A stretch of 33,395 nucleotides of DNA from Chloroflexota bacterium (GTDB taxonomy: Bacteria; Chloroflexota; Anaerolineae; Aggregatilineales; Aggregatilineaceae): contig JACRBK010000734.1 of the NCBI GenBank assembly GCA_016234525.1, positions 1 to 33,395 on the forward strand, in the 5' to 3' direction. The first letter of the stretch is position 1. The number at the start of each line of letters is the position of its first letter. The notes under the pieces are model-generated. The model had not been told where the DNA came from and ran no database searches. It saw only the letters and a list, made by a program, of their open reading frames with translations. Positions 1 through 7,965 of the stretch are shown here, piece by piece. A program made the position numbers and the translations under genes.

Positions 1-144
1 CGCAGGATGAGGACGAACACGCCGCCGAATGGTTCGTGCGCTGTGTGCAGGTCGAACTCATGCAGGTCGAGCGGCTGGCAGCCCTGACCGGTCCACCCAG
101 CAGCCTGGAATCGGTGACCCGTTTTGCGCGCAGCCTGGGGTACA

Positions 145-378
145 ATGCGGGTGACCAAGATTTCCGCCCATGCCGCTGTTATCTCCGGCATCGTCGCCAC
201 CTTTGTCGTGTTGGGTGAGATTGACTCACTGCCATTGGCATTGGCCGGGGTAGGTGCGGTACTGGCCACTGCTTGGGCGCGGGTCGTCACCGGTCACCAT
301 ACTCTGACACAGGTCAGCCTGGGGATCATGGTCAGCATTACGTCTGTGTTGGCTGCCGCTGGCCTGACCTCTCTCTAA
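145..378 (+). CDS. small integral membrane protein with degenerate PAP2-phosphatase-like C2/C3 motifs; N-terminally short relative to that family
   Basis: The ORF track frame is open from 124, with an in-frame ATG at 145. The product is hydrophobic. 'SAH' then ~37 aa then 'ARVVTGHHTLTQ' resembles PAP2 motifs C2 (SGH) and C3 (SRxxxxxHxxxD), with S->A and D->Q substitutions. There is no room for motif C1 because in-frame stops lie at 85-87 and 115-117. Confidence 0.35.
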   Translation: MRVTKISAHAAVISGIVATFVVLGEIDSLPLALAGVGAVLATAWARVVTGHHTLTQVSLGIMVSITSVLAAAGLTSL

Positions 379-415
379 CAGTATCTTCTTGTTTGTTTTT
401 CCCTCTATCTGGCCG

Positions 416-438
416 GAGTTTGTTGTGATTCTTTCCAG
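416..438. repeat. left element boundary (attL-like): GAGTT core followed by inverted-repeat arm TGTTGTGATTCTTTCCAG
   Basis: GAGTT at 416-420 also occurs at 16926-16930. The arm at 421-438 matches the reverse complement of 16905-16925 in two blocks (TGTTGT 6/6 and TCTTTCCAG 9/9), separated by a 3- versus 6-nt spacer. Confidence 0.45.
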
Positions 439-635
439 ATATAACGCTTCTCATAATGCGTTCATACGACCACTAAGCAAAATCAGCGCAAATTGATCCA
501 AAAGACTGCACAAATTTCATTAACTTCAGACGCGACCTATGCTAGGCTGTAGTGAAAGGCCATCGAGCGAAAGGATATCACTCATGACGCCCCCTCCACT
601 AGACAACCTACAGTCCACTCCCGGAGGTTGGGACA

Positions 636-932
636 ATGGCACAGCATCTTCCAGCTCATCCCCTGCCTAAAACAGATGCTTATGTGCTGGTCGGGATGGG
701 CTGGCACGACCTGCCGGTCAGCCCGCTGACGCACCTGGTGTTATCTCACCTGGACACTGCCGGGGAAAAAGGCGCGGCACGATTGCACTCACTTTCCCAA
801 CGGATGCACCTGGTGCGTGTGCCTTACGGCAAGGACTTAACTGAGCATCATCAACAGGGCGGCGTTCTGTATTCCTGGCTGTCTTGTGAGTTACGGCTGA
901 GCTGTGACAAAACATCCGTCGAGGGGAGGTAA
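636..932 (+). CDS. hypothetical protein (98 aa)
   Basis: GGAGG at 622-626 lies 9 nt upstream of the ATG. The stop overlaps the next ATG (TAATG at 930-934). No recognisable domain. Confidence 0.4.
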   Translation: MAQHLPAHPLPKTDAYVLVGMGWHDLPVSPLTHLVLSHLDTAGEKGAARLHSLSQRMHLVRVPYGKDLTEHHQQGGVLYSWLSCELRLSCDKTSVEGR

Positions 933-1099
933 TGAGGATGATCCCGAAAGAATCTTCTCCAGATAACGTGACTTCACCACCTAATACGAAAGCCATGCTA
1001 GGGCGCGTGTGGGCTGTCGCTGAATTATTAGCCGAGGCTGCCCAACGAGAAACAAATATCAGCCGGTCTAACCAGGCATCTGAAAAAACACAGTCTTGA
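932..1099 (+). CDS. hypothetical small protein (55 aa from ATG 932, 53 aa from ATG 938)
   Basis: Hand translation gives MRMIPKESSPDNVTSPPNTKAMLGRVWAVAELLAEAAQRETNISRSNQASEKTQS, with a stop at 1097-1099. GGAGG at 925-929 is 8 nt upstream of ATG 938. The ORF is below the track's 60-aa cut-off. Confidence 0.25.
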   Translation: MRMIPKESSPDNVTSPPNTKAMLGRVWAVAELLAEAAQRETNISRSNQASEKTQS

Positions 1100-1143
1100 T
1101 ATTTTGATGTATCCTGTTTCCAGAGAGGGAGACAGCAGGAAGT

Positions 1144-2928
1144 ATGGCAAAACGCGGCAAAACATTACCCAGTCCACAATCCGGTTGGGCAGTGTACTTG
1201 AGGACCAGCGACAAAGAAGCGCAGAACCCGGCCAACTCTCAGGGCCGCCAGCGCAGTGCGATCCGGCGGGCGCTGCTGGAAACCTCAGACCTGCCCGTCA
1301 TTGGGGAATATATTGATAACCTGACCGGGCGAGTCAGTGATCGTCGCGAGGGCTATCAACGACTGCTGCACGATGCGCGATCCGGCAAGTTTTCCCATGT
1401 AGCCGTTGAGAACGCTGAGCGTTTCGGGCGGAATGATGCGGAAGCTTTATCTGCTATTGATGAACTGCACGCTTTCGCTGTAGCGGTGCGTTTTGCTGAT
1501 TATCCTGATCTCGATCCTATCGACGCGGATGACCGGATCATGGTCAGTCTGTCGTTTACGCTGGCCCGCCGCGAATCGATGAAAACCTCCCAGCGTGTGC
1601 GCGGCGGGATGATCACCAAACTGGAACGCGGGGGCTATATCGGGCTGGCTCCTGATGGTTATCGCAATATGGAACGGCGCACGCCTAGCACTGAGAAGCT
1701 GGACTATGGGCGCTATGACCGCTGGATCGAACCTGATCCGGAGCGCCGGGTGATCTGGCGTTTCGCCTGGGATCTGCTGCTCACCGACCGTTATACCCTG
1801 GAACAAATCTGCGAGGAACTACACGAGAGAGGCTACCGGCTGCGCAGTGGACGACCTCTTGTCCGCCTTGATGAAAAAGGGAACCGAACCTATGCCACCA
1901 ATACTCTCTCCAATATCTTCCACAACTGGACCTATGCGGGATGGGTGGTAAGTGAAGAAGCCAATATCCCGCCCAAGACCATTCGCGGTAACTGGGAACC
2001 GTTGATCGGCACCGACGAGTTTGAGCATGGATTGGCCATTCTCCAAGAGCGAAATAACAAACCCAACCCGCAGCACAAACATGTGTATCTTTTGACCGGA
2101 TTGCTCTACCTGCAACCCCCTAGCGAGTCTCGGCTTGTCCGGCTCACCGGTTCCACCTCCAATTCCAGTCGCGAGAACGGGGGCACCTCTTATTATTGTG
2201 TCAAAAGCAGCAATATAAACCTGCAATGCCAACCGATTGATACCCACGTCGCGGCGGCGGTGCAGGCTATTCAAGTCGATCCCGCTCTGATCCCAGCCAT
2301 TCGGAAATACTACACGGACGAAGTGGTACACCAGATGGGTCATACTACGCCCACCGAACGTCAGGGACTGGATGCCGCTCTCAAAGCCATTGATGAAGAA
2401 GAAGCGCGGGCGCTCCGGCTGTTTGTGGCGGGCAAGATTACTGAATCAGTCTGGGATGGCTTGTGGCGCGAGTGGCAGGACCGGCGGCGTACCCTCCGCG
2501 AGAATCTGGAAGCCGCCGAGCGCAGCAGCGACTACCATATTGAGAATCTGGACGCTGCATTACACATGATTTCGAGAATCGGTGTACTATATCATCAGTT
2601 AAAACGTCCGCAGCAGAAAAAACTACTGCGGGAAGTGATTGACCGAATCGTCGTAGACGCTGAGGGAATGGTTTTGAGGATTGATTTACTGCCCCCTTTT
2701 GCTTATCTGCATGACCTCGCGTGCAGAACTCAATTGAAGGCAGAGTCTGAAGCGGAACAAACAAAAACCAGCCTGGAAGCTGGTTCATGTTCGACTTCTA
2801 CCTTACGAGGTGGCCGTAATGTTAGCGAAAGTGAACGTTTTTCTCCCCGCAGCTTAACCACTCAATTCCTCGAAATTCTGTCCTATCCGCAACGCTCCAT
2901 TCTGGAGCGGCTACTGACCGAACCTTGA
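1144..2928 (+). CDS. large serine recombinase (integrase)
   Basis: The N-terminal resolvase-type catalytic domain contains 'AVYLRTSDKEAQ' (YxRxS nucleophile context) and 'HVAVENAERFGRN'. A central recombinase domain ('GGYIGLAPDGYR') follows, then a Cys-containing segment 'YYCVKSSNINLQC' and a long Glu/Arg-rich helical C-terminal region. AGGAAG SD lies before the ATG. Length 594 aa. Confidence 0.92.
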   Translation: MAKRGKTLPSPQSGWAVYLRTSDKEAQNPANSQGRQRSAIRRALLETSDLPVIGEYIDNLTGRVSDRREGYQRLLHDARSGKFSHVAVENAERFGRNDAEALSAIDELHAFAVAVRFADYPDLDPIDADDRIMVSLSFTLARRESMKTSQRVRGGMITKLERGGYIGLAPDGYRNMERRTPSTEKLDYGRYDRWIEPDPERRVIWRFAWDLLLTDRYTLEQICEELHERGYRLRSGRPLVRLDEKGNRTYATNTLSNIFHNWTYAGWVVSEEANIPPKTIRGNWEPLIGTDEFEHGLAILQERNNKPNPQHKHVYLLTGLLYLQPPSESRLVRLTGSTSNSSRENGGTSYYCVKSSNINLQCQPIDTHVAAAVQAIQVDPALIPAIRKYYTDEVVHQMGHTTPTERQGLDAALKAIDEEEARALRLFVAGKITESVWDGLWREWQDRRRTLRENLEAAERSSDYHIENLDAALHMISRIGVLYHQLKRPQQKKLLREVIDRIVVDAEGMVLRIDLLPPFAYLHDLACRTQLKAESEAEQTKTSLEAGSCSTSTLRGGRNVSESERFSPRSLTTQFLEILSYPQRSILERLLTEP

Positions 2929-3092
2929 AATCGGCTTTGCGGTGATTGGGAGAGCATGATCCTCCCCCAACCACCTGAAGGCTCGCTGACCACGCCAGCA
3001 AGACTTCTGAGGACAGTGTACCACGCTTCCGCGAAGTCCTTGCCAGCCCAGCGAAAACCGTTCGGTTGCAGAAGTTCAAAGAGGATAGGGCA

Positions 3093-3917
3093 ATGACTCG
3101 CGTATTCGTACTCACCAATCACAAAGGGGGTGTCGGGAAATCGACATCCGCCACCAATATTGCATTCGGCCTCACAGCAGTGTTACGCCGTGCCGGAGCC
3201 TCCAATTCGCGTGTGCTGCTGGTCGATACCGACAGCCAGGGACACGCTACTCTCGTCACGACGGGCCGGAATAACTACGGTGCAGACGATAGTCTGTACA
3301 CTGTGCTGATGGCCGACCGTCAAGCTGCGCCGCAAGTGCTAGCGAACTGCATCGTGCCAAGCACCTGGGACGAGAACCTGCATGTGCTGCCCGCCTCCCC
3401 CATGCTGGAAGGCGCGGAACGAGAGCTGATAGGCGTGGCCGGAGCGCCCTACCGACTGGCCGACCCGTTGAGCCGCATCGCCAATCAGTATGCTGCGGTG
3501 GTGATTGACACTCGCCCCTCATTTTCGCTGATGACCGAAATGGGGCTGCTGGCCGCGACGGATGCCATTGTGCCGGTCGAGCCGCGTTATCTGGAAACCG
3601 TTGGTCTGATGAGCGTGATCAACAAGATCAACGAGGTGCGTGAAGGCTGGCGGCATCCTAACCTGCGGATCAGCGGCATCTTGATCACCAAGCTAGATAT
3701 GCGCGTGCGCGGCCACAAACATCTGCTCGAAGAACTCCAATCCCACAGCATTCTGGGCAAGCTGATCTGCGGCGTGATTCCGGCCAATGAAGCGGTGTCT
3801 TACGCGCACCACAATCACCAGAGCATCTTCGCCTACGATCCCCAGTGCCCGGCCAGCAAAGCCTACGCGCAGCTTGTTGGCCAGCTTGTCCGGCAGATGG
3901 CAAAGGCAGGTGCGTGA
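3093..3917 (+). CDS. parA: ParA/Soj-family partition ATPase
   Basis: Deviant Walker A 'NHKGGVGKSTSATNIA' starts at residue 9 counted from ATG 3093. 'LLVDTDSQG' and 'VVIDTRP' (Walker B-like) are present. GAGGA SD lies 7 nt upstream of ATG 3093. Confidence 0.9.
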   Translation: MTRVFVLTNHKGGVGKSTSATNIAFGLTAVLRRAGASNSRVLLVDTDSQGHATLVTTGRNNYGADDSLYTVLMADRQAAPQVLANCIVPSTWDENLHVLPASPMLEGAERELIGVAGAPYRLADPLSRIANQYAAVVIDTRPSFSLMTEMGLLAATDAIVPVEPRYLETVGLMSVINKINEVREGWRHPNLRISGILITKLDMRVRGHKHLLEELQSHSILGKLICGVIPANEAVSYAHHNHQSIFAYDPQCPASKAYAQLVGQLVRQMAKAGA

Positions 3918-5107
3918 TGCCCAAACAGTCCACTCGCATCGATGATCTGCTGGCGTCCGTCACGGCTGATTTGTTGGACGGTGATCCCCAGCGTTTTCAG
4001 GACAACAGCATCAGAGTCGAACGTATTTTGCTCGAACTGGTGCGCCCTGACCCAGTCCAGCCGCGCCGTGTCCTGCCGGAGCGAATTCACTTCGCTTTTC
4101 ACCAGAACCGGCTGACGCCTACCCAGGCCTTACGCGAGCTGGTGCAGATTGTACAGGTAGCCGCCCGGCAGCGCGGAAGACCATTCAGCAGTGTGTTGGA
4201 ACTGCTGCCCCGCTCCGATGACGACAGCGAAGAAACACCGGACGTTCAGCTTTCACCGGAAGAGCAGCTTTTGCGCGACCTGATCAACTTGGCCGTGACC
4301 ATCCGGGATGATGGGCAGGTGAATCCCCTGAGTGTGGTGGACGTTTCGCAGGGCGTGACCCGCCTGTATCGCATCGAAACTGGCGAACGGCGCTATTGGG
4401 CGAACTGGCTGCTGCGCGACTTCATCCCCGGCTACGATGGAGATGGCATGATCCCCTGCATTGTGGTCCCATCGGAACGCTCTTCGGTTTTTCGTCAGGC
4501 CAAAGAGAACACCGCCCGCGCCGGACTCTCAGCTATAGCTATGGCCCGTCAGGCCGCGCTGCTGCTGCTCGCTATACACGATTACGAAATCCCTGATGGA
4601 CCAGTCAGTAATGATTTTTACCGGCAGGCACTGGAACTCGACCTGCGGGGTAAGCGTGAATACACCGACGTCGTGCTGGCAGCTATGGGCGGCGTGGGCA
4701 AGATGCGTTTTAGCCAAATCAAGTCGCTGCTAAGACTGTCAGATGAAGCGCTCGAACTGGCCGACCGCCATAACCTGGATGAACGCAAGCTGCGCCCTGT
4801 CTTACTTCTCGACCCAGGCGTACATGCAGAAATCATTCGCCAAATCATCGATTTCAAGCTCACCAGCAAACAAGTCCAGGAACTTTGCGAGGCGGATGAA
4901 ACTGATCAACAAGAGAGTGAAGAACCCAACGATATTCCCACCTCGGCGCTGAGAATAGCCAAAGTTGCGCAAGCCGCTACCGCTCCCTCACCTCATGATG
5001 TGGCTCGCGCGTTGATCAAGCGTACTGGGGATGTTGATCTGGCTCGTGTACGTCTTCGAGCCATTCAAAAACTGCTGGCAGATGCTGAGCAGTATCTCAC
5101 GGAGTAA
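3917..5107 (+). CDS. parB: ParB-like partition / DNA-binding protein
   Basis: ATG 3917 overlaps the parA stop (GTGATG). The ParB N-terminal domain signature is 'VERILLELVRPDPVQPRR' plus the arginine-patch 'ETGERRYWANWLL' (GERRxxA). The C-terminus is acidic. Confidence 0.75.
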   Translation: MPKQSTRIDDLLASVTADLLDGDPQRFQDNSIRVERILLELVRPDPVQPRRVLPERIHFAFHQNRLTPTQALRELVQIVQVAARQRGRPFSSVLELLPRSDDDSEETPDVQLSPEEQLLRDLINLAVTIRDDGQVNPLSVVDVSQGVTRLYRIETGERRYWANWLLRDFIPGYDGDGMIPCIVVPSERSSVFRQAKENTARAGLSAIAMARQAALLLLAIHDYEIPDGPVSNDFYRQALELDLRGKREYTDVVLAAMGGVGKMRFSQIKSLLRLSDEALELADRHNLDERKLRPVLLLDPGVHAEIIRQIIDFKLTSKQVQELCEADETDQQESEEPNDIPTSALRIAKVAQAATAPSPHDVARALIKRTGDVDLARVRLRAIQKLLADAEQYLTE

Positions 5108-5455
5108 AGAATCGTAAACCAGGGTTTACCTTTTGGAGAGGATGCTATGACCAAACTGGACAGGGGACCGCCGGGATAAAAAAATCCCACCAACGAAAAT
5201 GCGGGTGGGCCGGGCAGATGTGATATAGATTGAACTGGACAATCAAACTGTATCACATCCCCGACTCTCCTGCAACTGAATTTCATCGTTTTCGCCGTGT
5301 TTCTTGGCACGACCTGTACTTCGAGTTGTCTGTCGTAAGGAGCACACTGAGATGAGTGGAGTGCTTGAACTCAATCGACCTGAACATGGCAGCGGAGTTT
5401 TACCGGTTTGTCCGATCTGTTTTATCGGTAAAACCCTCTTGAGAGAGAAATCGAT

Positions 5456-5884
5456 ATGAGCAAACGAAAGAAACCAAAGCGCCAATACCAACTCATCGCC
5501 TTCAAAGCCTTCGAGGATACGGATCAGGACATTCTTGACTGGTGGGAAGGGATCGAAGAAGGACAACGTAGTGACACCATCCGGGAACTGATCCGCGAAC
5601 ACCTGACCGGCAGAAGCGGCAGGCAGCACCCACTGCGGAAAAGCGATCCGCGCCTGGATGTACTGCCGGTGACGGAGTTAGCCAAAGTCCGTGACGACAC
5701 GACCTGGATCCGCGAAGCACTGAACGATATTCCAGCCTACCTGGAACGGATCGTCCAACAGGCCGTTGTTTTGCAGCCGGTGGCCCGGTCCCCGGCAGAA
5801 GCAGCCAGTATTCAGGTCGATCCGGCATTGACCGCGCAAGACACTGCCCGTCGGGAAGCTCGTGTGAGGAGGACGTTATGGTAA
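5456..5884 (+). CDS. hypothetical protein, possible ribbon-helix-helix N-terminus
   Basis: The basic N-terminus 'MSKRKKPKRQ' is followed by a beta-strand-like 'YQLIAFKAF' and two short helices ('DQDILDWWEGI', 'RSDTIRELIREHL'). It is the first gene of a chain of overlapping ORFs. Confidence 0.5.
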   Translation: MSKRKKPKRQYQLIAFKAFEDTDQDILDWWEGIEEGQRSDTIRELIREHLTGRSGRQHPLRKSDPRLDVLPVTELAKVRDDTTWIREALNDIPAYLERIVQQAVVLQPVARSPAEAASIQVDPALTAQDTARREARVRRTLW

Positions 5885-6243
5885 GACATCGACCCGATCG
5901 TTATCCGCTGCTCTGCGTAAGACGACGTGGACTGCCCCAGCAGTCCACCAGTTCGCGCAGCGAACTGCGGACCGGGGGGAGCCAGCCTGTGGAGCGCAAG
6001 ACATCGTCTGCTCCACTGGACTGGTTTGGCGGGATGCTCCCCCCTGGTCCGAGCCAGCTAAATCGCTGGCCCGCGCCGTGCGCGCGGGAGTCCGGTGGAG
6101 CGCCGGTTGCGCTCTCACCGATGCGCGGGTGGACAGCACCCCCCGCGCCTGTCGAGCCGGTAGCCCAGCCCGACAGTGTGCGCCCCGTACCGGGGCGCAT
6201 CAAAAGCCAAATCGCGCCATACAAAAGGGAGATCACCGTATGA
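5878..6243 (+). CDS. hypothetical Pro/Arg-rich protein (121 aa), possibly disordered
   Basis: ATG 5878 overlaps the upstream stop (ATGGTAA), and the TGA at 6241-6243 overlaps the next ATG (6240). It therefore fills an otherwise 356-nt gap in a tightly coupled operon. Its composition is also what a wrong-frame ORF in GC-rich DNA would look like. Confidence 0.3.
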   Translation: MVRHRPDRYPLLCVRRRGLPQQSTSSRSELRTGGSQPVERKTSSAPLDWFGGMLPPGPSQLNRWPAPCARESGGAPVALSPMRGWTAPPAPVEPVAQPDSVRPVPGRIKSQIAPYKREITV

Positions 6244-6566
6244 GTTACCGTAAGACGATCACTGAAATTGCACGACGACTGCCGCACCGCTCGCGGCGGG
6301 AGGTGGCCGAGGTCCTGGATGTGCTGCGCGACCTGTGGCTGGCCGAACTAGTTCAGCCCTGTAAGACAGTCGCCTTGTTCGACCTGGGCACGTTGTCAAT
6401 CGAGGTCCAGGAATTGCAGACCGCCGGAGCCGTTCGCCAGACCCTGCAAGACAAGTTAGGGGATGAGTATCCCGATCTCATCCAACGTATCTATGGACGC
6501 TTCCGCCCGTCGGCTGTCTTGCGACGGATGTTGGGGGAGAGATACCAGGAGGAATTCGATGAGTAA
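6240..6566 (+). CDS. HU/IHF-like (histone-like) DNA-binding protein, divergent
   Basis: 'MSYRKTITEIARRLPHRSRREVAEVLDVLRDLWLAELVQPCKTVALFDLGTLSIEV' follows the HU/IHF N-terminal helix-turn-helix plus beta-strand pattern (K..li..iA....s...v..vld........l..g..v.l.g.Gt). The canonical arm motif (R.GRNP.TG) is absent. Confidence 0.5.
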   Translation: MSYRKTITEIARRLPHRSRREVAEVLDVLRDLWLAELVQPCKTVALFDLGTLSIEVQELQTAGAVRQTLQDKLGDEYPDLIQRIYGRFRPSAVLRRMLGERYQEEFDE

Positions 6567-6855
6567 GGCACAGTACAGCGAACGTTTCACCCTGAGTTTC
6601 ACGCTCGACCAGGTGCGGCGGTTGGATGAACTCGCCCGCGTGCGCTCGCGTGAGGGGCAGACAACCAATCGAACGGAGTTGGTGCGCGATGCCGTGAACT
6701 TCTATCTCATGCACCAGGAGGATCTGCCCGGTTCACGCAAGGCGATTGCCCGGTCGGTAGAAGGCAAAATTGCCCAGGTAGATAGTAAGGTGGATCACCT
6801 GACAGAAATCCTGGAAGACTTTATCGAACGAGTGACTAAACGGAGGGGAAGTTGA
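6559..6855 (+). CDS. ribbon-helix-helix (CopG/Arc/MetJ-type) DNA-binding protein
   Basis: 'ERFTLSFTLDQVRRLDELARVRSREGQTTNRTELVRDAVNFYL' fits a beta-strand plus two helices. ATG 6559 overlaps the upstream gene's end. Confidence 0.6.
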   Translation: MSKAQYSERFTLSFTLDQVRRLDELARVRSREGQTTNRTELVRDAVNFYLMHQEDLPGSRKAIARSVEGKIAQVDSKVDHLTEILEDFIERVTKRRGS

Positions 6856-7874
6856 TGGACCACAAACAGATGTGTGTGGCGAATCTGAAGTACAAAAAAC
6901 CGACCGAAGCGGATTCCAAAAAGGCCAAAGGACTCTTGCGCTACCTGACCTATCGCGACAGCCGGGATGGACACATCAAACAGATGTCCGGCCAGGAACG
7001 CTGGGTGGATCACGGCCTGGGCCATACGGTGGGAGAAATCGCGGAGACGTGTGATAGTTACCAAAGCGAGCATGTGCTGGCGTTCACGCTGGTGTTCAAT
7101 CCTAATCCGAACCTTCTTTCGATGGTTCCCGAAAAGCGGCGCGGGCGGTTTGTGCGCGAACTGACCGAAAACACGCTGGACCAGTTTTTCGAGGCGCGTG
7201 GTCTGGATACTGGAATTGAGTTCGCGTATGTCACCCACCACCGTGTGAGTGAAGACCCCCAAGCACCAGGCCTGCCCGATCCGCATACGCACGTGATCCT
7301 GCCGGGAACTTACTTCGATGAAGGTGAGGGCAGGCGCGTGCCGCTGTTTTTCTCGCGGAACAAGCAGGTGGATCACATTGAATTACTGCACCAGATCACC
7401 GAAAAGAACATGGCCGAGGGGATGGAGCGGTACGTTGGCCTGGATTGGGAGCGGCGCTACGATGCCCTGGAAGCAGCCCGGGAACAGCAGCGTAAGGTGG
7501 TCGAACGCGAGCCAGATGGGGAGTTTTTCGACGATAGGATCGTCTGGCCGGTGTGGGCTGGGGTACGCCGCATGACGGAAGACACCAGCGCCGCCGGGAT
7601 CTACCGTTATTTTCCGGTGGCTCCGACCAGCGGTCAGACCGAGTTTGAGCCGGACGAACTGCGGCTTGAGTTCCGCCCGCTCCTCCAGCTTCTCGACCAT
7701 GGCCTGGCCGATACCGTCGCCCAGGCGTTTGCCTACCAGATGCGCGCCTATCCCGATCCGTCTCTGACAAAGCTGGAAGACTATGCCCGGCAGTTGGTAG
7801 AGGATGCCCAGGCGGATTCGGGCACGCGACCGGGACTGGACATCCAGCGCGAAGGCCCTTCGTTCGACTTGTAG
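6855..7874 (+). CDS. relaxase/mobilisation-nuclease-like protein (MobA/VirD2-type motifs)
   Basis: The N-terminal 'AKGLLRYLTYRD' is a Tyr-containing motif I candidate. 'HVLAFTLVFNPNP' resembles the relaxase 'h.i.S..P' block. 'THHRVSED...PDPHTHVILPG' resembles the His-triad HxD...PHxH. ATG 6855 overlaps the upstream TGA. Confidence 0.5.
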   Translation: MDHKQMCVANLKYKKPTEADSKKAKGLLRYLTYRDSRDGHIKQMSGQERWVDHGLGHTVGEIAETCDSYQSEHVLAFTLVFNPNPNLLSMVPEKRRGRFVRELTENTLDQFFEARGLDTGIEFAYVTHHRVSEDPQAPGLPDPHTHVILPGTYFDEGEGRRVPLFFSRNKQVDHIELLHQITEKNMAEGMERYVGLDWERRYDALEAAREQQRKVVEREPDGEFFDDRIVWPVWAGVRRMTEDTSAAGIYRYFPVAPTSGQTEFEPDELRLEFRPLLQLLDHGLADTVAQAFAYQMRAYPDPSLTKLEDYARQLVEDAQADSGTRPGLDIQREGPSFDL

Positions 7875-7965
7875 CCGAGAAGCACACAGAGGATCGGGGC
7901 GGATGTCGTCGCCAAACGTATCGCCCAAATCCCCTGTGTGCCACACTCAAAAGGTGAAAAATAGT

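Noticed and set aside
3-218. Partial frame-3 ORF open from the window edge.
   Set aside because: It has no recognisable motif and a junk-like C-terminal tail, and it overlaps the next ORF. It is reported only as part of the left-flank observation, not as a feature.
6078-6239. Upstream GTG start (6078) for the HU-like gene.
   Set aside because: The extension is Arg/Ala-rich with no HU-like features. ATG 6240 gives a protein of HU-like length and forms an ATGA overlap with the preceding ORF.
7804-7965. Upstream start (7804) for the primase-helicase, as given by the ORF track.
   Set aside because: It overlaps the 3' end of the relaxase-like gene by 71 nt and adds an Arg/Ser-rich, motif-free extension. 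ATG 7966 and ATG 7903 both have plausible SD sequences.
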